A stretch of DNA of 64,000 nucleotides from Candidatus Zixiibacteriota bacterium (GTDB lineage Bacteria; Zixibacteria; MSB-5A5; GN15; FEB-12). This document shows positions 56,000-64,000 of the stretch, piece by piece. Within the stretch, counting starts at the first letter, position 1, and each line of letters begins with the position of its first letter. The translations under genes and the position numbers were made by a program. The DNA lies in assembly GCA_021163775.1 (NCBI GenBank), contig JAGGTI010000009.1, forward strand, positions 12,897 to 76,896, in the 5' to 3' direction. Below the pieces are notes generated by a model. It was not told where the DNA came from. It was given only the letters and a program-made list of their open reading frames with translations, and searched no databases.

Positions 56000-57352
56000 A
56001 TGTCCTGCGAAAAGATTCTACTGGTTGATGACGAGGCCGGACAGCGCGAGCTACTGGCCGGGTTTCTCACTTCGCACGGCTACCAGGTAGCCGAAGCTGA
56101 TAATGGTCAGGCCGCCCTGGATGCATACCTGGAGATTTTCGCGCCTTTGGCTATCGTTGATATGAAAATGCCGGGGATGTCCGGGGTGGAGCTTTTGGAA
56201 AAGCTGAGAGGCATCAATCCGTTCATTCAGGTTATTATGCTGACAGCTTTCGGGTCGGTCGAATCAGCAGTGTCTGCGATGCGCACCGGTGCTTATGACT
56301 ATCTGACCAAGCCAGTCGAAGACCTTGATGAGCTTTTACTCGTGCTGGAAAAAGCGGCGGCCCAGAATCGGTTGGTGGTTGATAATCGCGTGATGAGCGA
56401 GCGACTTGACGATTATTTTCCTGATAATGAGCTGGTCGGTGAATCTCCTGCGATTCAAAAAGTGAAAGAGATGATCTCATTGGTGGCGCCACGTGACGCC
56501 ACTGTCCTGATCACCGGCCCATCGGGTACCGGCAAGGAACTGGTAGCGCGGGCAATTCATTCCTTGTCGCCTCGGGCCGACAAACGATTGGTGGCTATCA
56601 ACTGCGCCGCGTTTCCTGAGACGCTACTGGAGTCGGAACTATTTGGGCATGAAAAAGGCGCATTTACCGGGGCCGATCGTACCCGACAGGGACGGTTCGA
56701 ACTGGCACACGGCGGCACGTTCTTTCTTGATGAAATAGGGGAAATGCCGCTGACGATGCAGGTCAAATTGTTACGGGTGCTGGAGGAACGCAGTGTTGAA
56801 CGACTTGGCTCGGTCAAGGAGATCAAACTGGATATCCGCTTGATTGCCGCTACCAACCGTGACGTGGATAAGATGATCAAAGACGGTAGTCTGCGCGAAG
56901 ATCTATACTATCGCCTCAATGTGGTCAATGTCCACCTGCCGCCACTGACCGAGCGGGCGGGTGACATCCTCCTTCTGGCAGAAAAATTTGTGGAGAAATA
57001 CGCACGCAAGATTGGCAAGAATATCAAGGGTCTGGATAGCAGTGCGGCCGCGACGCTCACGGCTTATCATTGGCCGGGCAATGTGCGAGAGCTGGAAAAT
57101 GTAATTGAACGGGCTATTATTCTGACTCGTGCCGAAGTGTTGACTGTCGCCGATTTTGCTGGTCTGGCCAGTTCCGCGCCTTCGACCGCAATGGGGCAAA
57201 TTCGACCGATCGCCGAGGTAGAGTGTGAGCATATAGAGTTCTGCCTGAATCGGTTGGGTTGGAATATAGGTACCACGGCTGAGAAGTTGGGAATCCACCG
57301 CAATACCCTTCGAGCTAAAATAAAAGAATACGGCCTTACCAGGCCTTTCTGA
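56000..57352 (+). CDS. sigma-54-dependent response regulator (NtrC/AtoC family: REC, AAA+, Fis-type HTH)
   Basis: REC domain (LLVDDEAG..IVDMKMPGMSG), Walker A GPSGTGKE, the GAFTGA motif in HEKGAFTGADRTRQGRFE, and C-terminal HTH TAEKLGIHRNTLRAKIKEYGL. No adjacent histidine kinase. Confidence 0.93.
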   Translation: MSCEKILLVDDEAGQRELLAGFLTSHGYQVAEADNGQAALDAYLEIFAPLAIVDMKMPGMSGVELLEKLRGINPFIQVIMLTAFGSVESAVSAMRTGAYDYLTKPVEDLDELLLVLEKAAAQNRLVVDNRVMSERLDDYFPDNELVGESPAIQKVKEMISLVAPRDATVLITGPSGTGKELVARAIHSLSPRADKRLVAINCAAFPETLLESELFGHEKGAFTGADRTRQGRFELAHGGTFFLDEIGEMPLTMQVKLLRVLEERSVERLGSVKEIKLDIRLIAATNRDVDKMIKDGSLREDLYYRLNVVNVHLPPLTERAGDILLLAEKFVEKYARKIGKNIKGLDSSAAATLTAYHWPGNVRELENVIERAIILTRAEVLTVADFAGLASSAPSTAMGQIRPIAEVECEHIEFCLNRLGWNIGTTAEKLGIHRNTLRAKIKEYGLTRPF

Positions 57353-57383
57353 CTCACCGGTAGCATAGCAGGGCGAATCCGTC

Positions 57384-57413
57384 TTTGAATCCTCCATTTG
57401 AGGAGGATTCAAA
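57384..57413. repeat. perfect 12-bp inverted repeat / hairpin 32 nt after the regulator gene
   Basis: TTTGAATCCTCC-atttga-GGAGGATTCAAA. Confidence 0.85.
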
Positions 57414-57667
57414 ACCACTGGAGTTTGTCTTGTGTTCGGCAGATGTCCGCATTTGCTGGATTGTCATTCCTATTTACCAAGTCATTCCCGAGTAGTCGGG
57501 AATCTATGGCCACCAATCATCGCAGAAAACAAGACTTACCACTCTCGGTTGAAACGCCGAATCATACGAATTTCCCCACTTCAATTTCATTAAACAGCAC
57601 CATACATAATGTGGCTCTACGGTTATTCTGCGAAAGCGAGTAGACATAGGCATCCGCCTACGCGGAT

Positions 57668-57709
57668 GTGACGAAAAGAGGCGGGTGTGACGAAAAGAGG
57701 CGGGTGTGA
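57668..57709. repeat. 19-bp direct tandem repeat, 2.2 copies
   Basis: GTGACGAAAAGAGGCGGGT occurs at 57668-57686 and again at 57687-57705, then GTGA. Confidence 0.95.
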
Positions 57710-57884
57710 TGGAGAAGAAAATTCGTAGGTCACGGTTGCTTGCAACCTGACAATTGCCTGGTAATATCTTGTAACAAAAAATGTGCGCCTGAGTTATGGG
57801 CCGCACAAATATTGTGCATCAATGGTGTCTAATAGTGTTGGCGTATCGGCCGAACTTGTGACGTGACAGGCGCTTAGGGTTATC

Positions 57885-57903
57885 GGCACAGCATTTGTAT
57901 AAT
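57885..57903 (+). promoter_or_regulatory. ambiguous promoter: sigma-54-like GGCAC-N5-TTGT overlapping a perfect sigma-70 -10 TATAAT
   Basis: cGGCACagcatTTGTATAAT. The -24 element and spacing are ideal but the -12 GC is GT. TATAAT (57898-57903) has only a weak -35 (TTAGGG, 18-nt spacer). Confidence 0.3.
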
Positions 57904-57938
57904 ATCAGATAGATGCAAAACGGATTTTGATAATGGAG

Positions 57939-58850
57939 ATGAAGAAAATGACTAAGCTCACGACACAGGTTCTAACGATTCTAGCTTTATTGGCTTTTAT
58001 GGTTTTCGGGCTGTTTGGTTGTGACAATGAAGATACTATCATTGTCGATAGCGACCCGGTGCCCGCCACACCGCAAGGCGTGTTCTCGGTTACTGGTGAC
58101 GGCGTGGTCTGGGTGTATTTCAACGGCATTTACGAGAACGATGTTGATCATTACGTTGTCTACCGTTCGCTTGACGAGCTGACCGGGTATGTTGCTATTT
58201 CTAATGTCAGTGCGGTATCTAATCCGAACCTCGACCTGATTATCTATGAATATGCCGACTACGGTCGGATCAACGGTGTCACTTACTGGTATGCCTTGAC
58301 GGCGATTGATAATGCCGGACAAGAGTCGGAGCTGTCGGCCGAGAATGTTTTCGACACACCGCGTCCGGAAGGACAAGCTACTTTGTTCCCCAACGATTTT
58401 GTGTCCGGATCGGCCGGTTTCAATCTGGCCACCGCTTCGGTGCTCGACTGGACCTCGCCAGCGGCTGACATCTGGATCGACCGGACTTTCGATGTGGACG
58501 GATTTGACACCACTTGGTTCCCCTATATCAATGCTGGTGACGATCTGACTGATATCCAGGATCTCGGCTATACCGAGGATTTCGATGAGATATCTTATGC
58601 TCCTCTCGATGGCTGGTCTCGTTTGGGATATGTAGAGGCGATTGTCGGTCATACCTATGTGGTTTGGACCAACGATGACCATTATGCCAAGATCAGAATA
58701 AATTCTATGACTGTCTCAGGTGCTTTTTCGTTCACCTGGGGATATCAAACCGATGTATCCAACCTGGAACTGGCACCACTGGTGCGTCCTGAGCACGACG
58801 ATGAATATCCGGCTCCGAAACCTGGCAAAACAACGCAGTTGTTGAAATAG
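57939..58850 (+). CDS. lipoprotein with an FN3-like domain, function unknown
   Basis: MKKMTKLTTQVLTILALLAFMVFGLFGC (lipobox LFGC). The FN3-like stretch is PATPQGVFSVTGDGVVWVYFNG..YVVYRS..YWYALTAIDNAGQES. Confidence 0.6.
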   Translation: MKKMTKLTTQVLTILALLAFMVFGLFGCDNEDTIIVDSDPVPATPQGVFSVTGDGVVWVYFNGIYENDVDHYVVYRSLDELTGYVAISNVSAVSNPNLDLIIYEYADYGRINGVTYWYALTAIDNAGQESELSAENVFDTPRPEGQATLFPNDFVSGSAGFNLATASVLDWTSPAADIWIDRTFDVDGFDTTWFPYINAGDDLTDIQDLGYTEDFDEISYAPLDGWSRLGYVEAIVGHTYVVWTNDDHYAKIRINSMTVSGAFSFTWGYQTDVSNLELAPLVRPEHDDEYPAPKPGKTTQLLK

Positions 58851-58877
58851 ATAACTTTTTGTAAGGAGTGTGAAGCG

Positions 58878-60476
58878 ATGTTACGCAAGATGATAATTAC
58901 CGGTTTGGTGTGGAGCCTGATGCTCACTGCCGGCGCGATCGCGGTGTCGGCTCAGTCGATAGCTCCTGCCCGAGACTATGAAAACTACGACATAGCTAAG
59001 ATCGACCGCTACCTGGACATAGAGGTATGGACTGGTCACAGCGATGGTGAATACTACGAAGGTGACAATATTGTCATCCATTTTAGAGCTAACCGGGACG
59101 CTTTTGTGGCACTGTACTCTATCGATACCCGGGGTCGAGTCAATCTGCTGTTTCCGACCCATCCAGGCGAGGATAACTTTGTACACGGCGGGGTGACCTA
59201 TAGTTTGCCGGGTGGCGAAGATGACTATGATTTGGTCGTCTCAGGGCCGGAAGGTTTTGAGCATGTTCAGATCATCGCCTCTCGTGAGCGGTTTCCGATC
59301 CCCGATTGGTACCACGGACCGGAACTGGTCGATGACTGGGATGATAGTAATGAGTTTATGGATTGGATCAACGCTAACTACTTTTTGCGGTACCAGGGTC
59401 AGCGGTTCGCCTATGATCGGGCCGTGATCTACGTTAACGAGTGGGAACAGAATTATTTCCGGCCGATCTATCGACCGATCTATCCCTCCTGGACCGTCTA
59501 TGGCAACTGTTACATCGACTACTCCTGGGGGGCATCGATCTATGTCAACGGTATCTATTGGGGTTGTGCGCCGCTGTATGTCCCACGGATAGCCGTCGGC
59601 TGGCATACGATCACAATCTACGATCGCTATGGTTATGGTTGGGAGCACGATTTCCATGTCAGTCGCTACAATACGGTCGTGTTTAACAAGACTATTATTC
59701 AGACTAGTCCAACCGTGAAGTCGAAATACAAGGAAGTGCGCACTGTCGGCTACCGTAATCCAGTCCGGTCCGGCTACCCGAATTTTGAGTCTCGGAGGCA
59801 GTCGATAGCAACCGCTATTGCTAAAAGTGGCACCACCATGACCAAGGGTACTCGTTCGGGTTCGAGCAAAGTGAAGGTGAACGAGACAATATTCGAGTCG
59901 ATCCCCAAGAAGTACGTGCGTGGATCTACCAAGATTGTCAAAACCCAACGGGGTTACGAAACCGATGCTTCTACTGCTGTATTTCCAACCAAGAAACGGA
60001 GTCGTCAAGGCAGTACCGATCGGACCAACTCGAGCACCAATTACGAATCGAGTCGGCGCAGTTCCAAGGGCAAGACTTCAACCGGCAGTACCCGGATTGA
60101 GCAGTCCGGCTCAAGCCGGAAGTCGACCAAGTCTTCCGGGTCGAGCGGCTCGATCGGTCAGGATCGCAGTGGTAGCAAGAAATCCAGTTCCACAACAATG
60201 ACTCGCAAGAAATCGGGTAATACTTCATCGCAACGCAAAACCAGCGGAAGTGTCAAATCGGGCAAGAGTAGCTCCTCCTCGAAGAAAGCGCCAAAAGTTG
60301 AGAAGCGCAAATCTTCGGGTAAAACCAGCTCAAGCAAGGCGAAAGTGAGTAGCAAGAAGTCTAAGCCGGCCTCAAAGAGTGACAGCAAGCAGGTTGAAAA
60401 GAAATCACAGCCTTCATCCAAGAAGAAGGCCAACCCCTCAAAGAGTAAGAAAAACGATAAGAGTGGAAAACGATAG
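58878..60476 (+). CDS. secreted DUF4384-like plus PEGA-like protein with a Ser/Lys-rich tail of about 230 aa
   Basis: AAGGAG lies 9 nt before the ATG. A signal peptide is present. YYEGDNIVIHFRANRDAFVALYSIDTRGRVNLLFP is DUF4384-like. SIYVNGIYWGCAPLYVPRIAVGWHTITIYDRYGYGWEHDFHV is PEGA-like. A low-complexity S/K/T/G tail follows. Confidence 0.65.
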   Translation: MLRKMIITGLVWSLMLTAGAIAVSAQSIAPARDYENYDIAKIDRYLDIEVWTGHSDGEYYEGDNIVIHFRANRDAFVALYSIDTRGRVNLLFPTHPGEDNFVHGGVTYSLPGGEDDYDLVVSGPEGFEHVQIIASRERFPIPDWYHGPELVDDWDDSNEFMDWINANYFLRYQGQRFAYDRAVIYVNEWEQNYFRPIYRPIYPSWTVYGNCYIDYSWGASIYVNGIYWGCAPLYVPRIAVGWHTITIYDRYGYGWEHDFHVSRYNTVVFNKTIIQTSPTVKSKYKEVRTVGYRNPVRSGYPNFESRRQSIATAIAKSGTTMTKGTRSGSSKVKVNETIFESIPKKYVRGSTKIVKTQRGYETDASTAVFPTKKRSRQGSTDRTNSSTNYESSRRSSKGKTSTGSTRIEQSGSSRKSTKSSGSSGSIGQDRSGSKKSSSTTMTRKKSGNTSSQRKTSGSVKSGKSSSSSKKAPKVEKRKSSGKTSSSKAKVSSKKSKPASKSDSKQVEKKSQPSSKKKANPSKSKKNDKSGKR

Positions 60477-60513
60477 GTTCATTTTTTAGCAAATCCTCTG
60501 TAGTTCTTCCTAT

Positions 60514-60542
60514 GGGCCGGTCGTGAAATTCGCGATCGGCCC
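60514..60542 (+). terminator. long hairpin after the 58878 gene (probable terminator)
   Basis: GGGCCGGTCG..loop..CGATCGGCCC (10 bp with one G-U, extendable inward) followed by GTGTCCTTTACGG. Confidence 0.5.
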
Positions 60543-60676
60543 GTGTCCTTTACGGCAAATTCAGCCAATCTTCAGGCGTAAAAAAATCTTCCGAACTGGC
60601 TATTAAGGAACCATTTAGACTTGACGAATGTTAAAGTATGTGTTACATATACGCAGACATGGCAGAATGACTGCCA

Positions 60677-61756
60677 ATGTGGCAGTTTGCGAGAAAGGTG
60701 GCAGAAGTCGTTGTGGCGTTTGAAAGTCTGACGGAACGTGAAAAACAGGTTCTCGCGAATCTCATCAATCACTATATCACAACCGCCGGTCCGGTTGGTT
60801 CTCGTGCAATCGCCAACAAGTTCGATATGGGGTTGTCGTCGGCTACCATTCGTAATACGCTACAGGACCTTGAAGAACTCGGACTTGTTGAGCAACCGTA
60901 TACATCGGCCGGACGGGTGCCGACTGATATTGGTTACCGAGTCTATGTCGATCTTCTTCTCAGGCCAGAAACGTTATCTGCTGAAGAGAAACAAGTAATC
61001 CGTCAGGGAATGCTTCGTGATGGCAGTGGAATTCGGGAGATTCTTGGTCAGACCGCTCGGGTTCTTGGTGATATTACCAGCCAACTCGGTTTGACCATTG
61101 CACCGAGATTCGAAGTGGGTATTCTCAAAGACCTGCGTCTGATCCCTGTGGCTGATGGGCGTTTGATGGTCGTGGTGGTTGTGCGGTCAGGCTTGGTTCG
61201 CTCGCTGATTTTGGAGGTGGAAACCTCGCTACGTGATGACTCAGTACTTCAGGTTGAGGCTCTTCTAAACGAACGGCTACGTGGTTTGTCGCTATCCGAT
61301 ATCCGTGATACTCTGTCAGAACGTTTGGCGGATGTCACTAGCCACGGGCGTTTGCTTAAAGTAGTGATTGATTCCAAGGATAAGATTTGGACTGAAGACA
61401 GTTCCGAGGATATCACGATTGCCGGTACCGACAATCTGTTTACTAAGCCGGAGTTCAGTGACCTGACACGTTTATCTTCGATGCTCAAGATTATAGAAGA
61501 TGGAAAGGTTCTCTCCGACTTTATCAGTCAGGCGCACGATGAGGGGTTGATTATTACGATAGGGCACGAGCATTCGATCAACGAGATAATCAACTGTTCG
61601 TTGGTGACCGCTTCGTATCGAGTCGGGAATATCTCTGGTTCGGTTGGTATTATTGGTCCAACCAGACTGCCGTATGGCAAGGCGGTTTCAATTGTAAAAT
61701 ATGCGGCCCGGTCAATCACTGACCTGTTGGCCGGTATCAATAGAACAGAAGAATGA
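60677..61756 (+). CDS. hrcA: heat-inducible transcription repressor HrcA (start uncertain; GTG 60713 is an alternative)
   Basis: LTEREKQVLANLINHYITTAGPVGSRAIANKF..SSATIRNTLQDLEELGLVEQPYTSAGRVPTDIGYRVYVD. Operon order hrcA-grpE-dnaK. Confidence 0.9.
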   Translation: MWQFARKVAEVVVAFESLTEREKQVLANLINHYITTAGPVGSRAIANKFDMGLSSATIRNTLQDLEELGLVEQPYTSAGRVPTDIGYRVYVDLLLRPETLSAEEKQVIRQGMLRDGSGIREILGQTARVLGDITSQLGLTIAPRFEVGILKDLRLIPVADGRLMVVVVVRSGLVRSLILEVETSLRDDSVLQVEALLNERLRGLSLSDIRDTLSERLADVTSHGRLLKVVIDSKDKIWTEDSSEDITIAGTDNLFTKPEFSDLTRLSSMLKIIEDGKVLSDFISQAHDEGLIITIGHEHSINEIINCSLVTASYRVGNISGSVGIIGPTRLPYGKAVSIVKYAARSITDLLAGINRTEE

Positions 61757-61763
61757 ATTTGTG

Positions 61764-62480
61764 ATGACTAAGGTGAAAAAAGAAAAAAAAGAAAAAAAAG
61801 AGAACGAGACGCCGGAAGTGTCGGTGACTGAGAACGAATCTGATGCCTCTAACTCAATTGAGATAGAGATTCCAGTCGGCGATGGCGAGGCTGACGAATC
61901 TGTTGAGTCTGACGAATCTGTTGAGTCTGACGAATCTGTTGAGCCTGATGAATCTGTTGAGCCTGTGGTCGAGGAAGAAATCGATCCGGTGCAACAGTTG
62001 CAGGCTCAAATTACCGAGCTGGAAGACCAAAAGTTGCGGGTGCTGGCCGATATGGACAATCACCGCAAGCGGATGGCGCGTCAGTTTGAGACTGTGGTTC
62101 GGACGGCGAATGATCGGTTGTTGGGCGAGTTCCTTGATGTACTTGATAACCTGGAGCGCGCTCTTGAACACGTCCCCGGAGGCAATGCTGAGGAAGATAA
62201 CCCCAAGGCGGCATTGCAGGAAGGCACGACGCTAATATATCAGCAGATGCTTGACTTGTTGGCCCGCTATGAAGTCAAGCCGATTGAAGCGGTAGGTCAT
62301 CCGTTTGACGCCGCTTATCACGAAGCCCTGATGCAGGTTGCTTCGGACAAATATGATGAAGGTATTGTAGTAACTGAAATACGCAAAGGGTATATGATTG
62401 GCGACCGAGTGTTGCGTCACGCCCGGGTGGCGGTCAGTCAACCGCAAACCACTGATGACTCGGTGACTGAAGACAATTAG
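61764..62480 (+). CDS. grpE: nucleotide exchange factor GrpE
   Basis: Acidic/basic N-terminal tail, then LRVLADMDNHRKRMARQ..FLDVLDNLERAL..GHPFDAAYHEALMQV..GYMIGDRVLRHARVAV. ATG 61764 is preferred over track start 61701. Confidence 0.93.
   Translation: MTKVKKEKKEKKENETPEVSVTENESDASNSIEIEIPVGDGEADESVESDESVESDESVEPDESVEPVVEEEIDPVQQLQAQITELEDQKLRVLADMDNHRKRMARQFETVVRTANDRLLGEFLDVLDNLERALEHVPGGNAEEDNPKAALQEGTTLIYQQMLDLLARYEVKPIEAVGHPFDAAYHEALMQVASDKYDEGIVVTEIRKGYMIGDRVLRHARVAVSQPQTTDDSVTEDN
61893..61964 (+). repeat. four tandem 18-bp repeats inside grpE, encoding (DESVE[S/P])x4
   Basis: GACGAATCTGTTGAGTCT x2, then GACGAATCTGTTGAGCCT, then GATGAATCTGTTGAGCCT. Confidence 0.95.
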
Positions 62481-62552
62481 CCAAACGTAATTTGGTTAGA
62501 TTGATAACAGCAATTATGATAGTTGTAATTAGATAAGAAGGAGAGATGAAAA

Positions 62553-64000
62553 ATGGGTAAAGTAATTGGAATCGACCTCGGAACGACCAACTCATGTGTG
62601 GCCGTCCTGGAGGGTAAGGAACCGGTTGTTATCCCCAACCTTGAAGGTGCCCGCACGACCCCATCGGTGGCGGCGTTTACCAAGGAAGGCGAGCGACTGG
62701 TTGGAGCACCGGCCAAACGGCAGGCGGTGACCAATCCGGAGAATACTATTTTCTCAATCAAACGGTTCATGGGACGGCGACATGATGAGGTATCGTCCGA
62801 AGAGAAAATTGTACCGTATGCTGTGGTCAGCGATAACTCCGGTAATGTAGTAGTAGATGTCGCGGGCAAGAAAATGACTCCGCCGGAAATTTCCGGTATG
62901 ATTCTTCAGTATCTGAAGAAAGCGGCTGAGAGTTACTTAGGTGAAGAAGTCACCCAGGCGGTGATTACAGTTCCTGCTTATTTTAACGATTCCCAGCGTC
63001 AGGCCACCAAGGATGCTGGTCGTATCGCCGGGCTGGACGTACTGCGTATCATCAACGAACCAACCGCGGCCTCGCTGTCTTACGGGCTTCAAAAGAAAGA
63101 TAGCCAGAAGATCGCAGTCTATGATTTGGGTGGTGGTACTTTTGACATCTCTATTCTTGAAATCGGTGATGGTGTCTTTGAAGTTCGTTCCACCAACGGT
63201 GATACTCATCTGGGCGGCGATGATTTCGATCAGGCTGTTATTGATTGGATGGCCGACGAGTTCCTCAAGGCGCAGGGTATCGACCTCAGGAAGGATAAGA
63301 TGGCTCTACAGCGCTTGAAGGAAGCGGCAGAGAAAGCCAAGATTGAACTGTCATCGTCGATGCAGACCAATATCAATCTGCCCTTTATCACGGCCGATCA
63401 AGCTGGTCCGAAGCATCTTGATCTGACTCTTACTCGTGCGGCTTTTGAACAGTTGACCGATGATCTAATTCAGCGGACGGTAGAACCGTGTCGCGCGGCT
63501 CTATCTGATGCCAAACTCTCCGCCGGTGAGATTGATGAAGTTGTGTTGGTAGGCGGGATGACCCGTATGCCCAAGGTCACAGAAATTGTCAAAGAGCTGT
63601 TTGGCAAAGACCCACACAAGGGTGTTAATCCGGATGAAGTGGTCGCCATTGGTGCCGCTATTCAGGGTGGAGTCTTGGCTGGTGATGTAGAAGATGTGGT
63701 GTTGCTTGATGTGACTCCGCTGTCACTCGGAATTGAGACGCTGGGCGGTGTTATGACCAAACTAATCGAGCGTAACACAACTATCCCGACCAAGAAGTCA
63801 CAGATATTCTCGACCGCCTCCGACAATCAACCATCGGTGAGTATTCATGTCCTTCAGGGTGAAAGGACTGAGGCACTGCACAATCGCACGCTGGGTAAGT
63901 TTGATCTGGTTGGTATTTCGCCGGCACCACGCGGCCTGCCTCAGATTGAGGTAACGTTTAATATCGATGCCAACGGTATTGTGAATGTCTCAGCCAAGGA
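62553..64000 (+). CDS. dnaK: molecular chaperone DnaK, 3' end beyond the window (missing from the ORF track because no stop is reached)
   Basis: AAGGAGAG lies 7 nt before ATG 62553. Translation begins [21 protein letters not shown]... Later motifs include [13 protein letters not shown] and [17 protein letters not shown]. Confidence 0.97.
   Translation, partial: MGKVIGIDLGTTNSCVAVLEGKEPVVIPNLEGARTTPSVAAFTKEGERLVGAPAKRQAVTNPENTIFSIKRFMGRRHDEVSSEEKIVPYAVVSDNSGNVVVDVAGKKMTPPEISGMILQYLKKAAESYLGEEVTQAVITVPAYFNDSQRQATKDAGRIAGLDVLRIINEPTAASLSYGLQKKDSQKIAVYDLGGGTFDISILEIGDGVFEVRSTNGDTHLGGDDFDQAVIDWMADEFLKAQGIDLRKDKMALQRLKEAAEKAKIELSSSMQTNINLPFITADQAGPKHLDLTLTRAAFEQLTDDLIQRTVEPCRAALSDAKLSAGEIDEVVLVGGMTRMPKVTEIVKELFGKDPHKGVNPDEVVAIGAAIQGGVLAGDVEDVVLLDVTPLSLGIETLGGVMTKLIERNTTIPTKKSQIFSTASDNQPSVSIHVLQGERTEALHNRTLGKFDLVGISPAPRGLPQIEVTFNIDANGIVNVSAK

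Noticed and set aside
51651-57451. The two noncoding islands share GTGT(ct/tc)GGCAGATGTCC (17 nt with 2 mismatches, at about 51650 and about 57433). A near-complement GGATATCTGCC lies at about 51755. This could suggest a common repeat family or MITE ends.
   Set aside because: A rough expectation for 17-mers with up to 2 mismatches among all position pairs in 64 kb is on the order of 100, so the match is not significant. The local inverted match is also near chance level.
57668-57709. The 19-bp direct repeat could be a minimal CRISPR-like array.
   Set aside because: The repeats are directly adjacent with no spacers, there are only 2.2 copies, and no cas genes are in the window.
57398-57806. 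Track ORFs 57398-57643 (+) and 57504-57806 (-) lie in the second island.
   Set aside because: Same reasoning: no ribosome-binding site, no motif, and they span inverted and tandem repeats.
57987-60433. Antisense ORFs 57987-58682, 59241-60008 and 60158-60433 (-).
   Set aside because: They lie opposite + strand genes that have signal peptides, SD sites and domain-like sequence. The last one mirrors the Ser/Lys low-complexity tail.
60477-62552. I searched by eye for the CIRCE operator (TTAGCACTC-N9-GAGTGCTAA) upstream of hrcA, grpE and dnaK.
   Set aside because: I saw no match and no half-site pair. The only TTAGCA (about 60487) has no inverted partner. A proper pattern scan is still needed.
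62546-62560. ATG 62546 as the dnaK start.
   Set aside because: That frame stops after four codons (ATG AAA AAT GGG TAA). ATG 62553 gives the canonical [17 protein letters not shown].
1-64000. I looked for mobile elements, prophage genes, integrases next to the tRNA, toxin-antitoxin pairs, restriction or defence genes, rRNA and CRISPR arrays.
   Set aside because: I recognised none in any of the six frames. tRNA-Val is flanked by housekeeping genes with no integrase or direct-repeat scar.

Overview
All calls below come from reading the sequence and the ORF translations by eye; no database search, RNA folding or statistics program was run. The window is a gene-dense bacterial chromosomal segment with about 50 protein genes. 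All are on the + strand except a TPR gene, purE and purD. Most of it is conserved housekeeping. This includes tRNA-Val, thrS-infC-rpmI-rplT-pheS-pheT, a ZapB-like gene with zapA, rny, a ymdB-like gene, folD, mutS-mutL-miaA, an mltD-like gene, sppA, an HU gene, purD-purE and hrcA-grpE-dnaK. dnaK runs off the 3' edge and is missing from the ORF track. Accessory blocks: (1) A flagellar filament module with a TPR-GT2 glycosyltransferase, a 726-aa flagellin, fliD, fliS, an FlgN-like gene, flgM and an HDOD gene. (2) Two roughly 990-aa secreted proteins with T9SS/FlgD-Ig-type C-terminal sorting domains, which suggests an FCB-superphylum-like uncultured lineage. One is translationally coupled to a PorV/PorQ-like beta-barrel fused to TPRs. 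(3) A signalling and exopolysaccharide block: a kinase-HAMP-phosphatase fusion, a STAS protein with a C-terminal extension, a GGDEF cyclase, a Wza-like exporter, a BY-kinase and a DUF3473-type deacetylase. (4) A LapA/LapB-like/SPOR envelope trio. (5) An orphan sigma-54 enhancer-binding response regulator followed by a lipoprotein plus DUF4384/PEGA operon. I saw no rRNA, CRISPR array, transposase, integrase or phage genes. The leads I rank highest are these. First, a SypE/SypA-like partner-switching module in which RsbW-type kinase and PP2C phosphatase are fused around a membrane sensor plus HAMP, beside GGDEF and EPS genes. An A10 tract sits exactly at the STAS/extension junction. Second, correctly spaced GGCAC-N5-TTGC sigma-54 promoter matches lie in front of both giant T9SS-type cargo genes. 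Third, an untracked 31-aa Lys/Arg-rich bS22-like ORF lies after the HU gene. Fourth, two noncoding islands of about 0.5 kb are packed with perfect hairpins, and one also carries a 19-bp tandem repeat. Fifth, a 23-25-nt motif is shared by two unrelated 5' regions. Sixth, a 10-bp-phased GGCAG array replaces CIRCE in front of hrcA.
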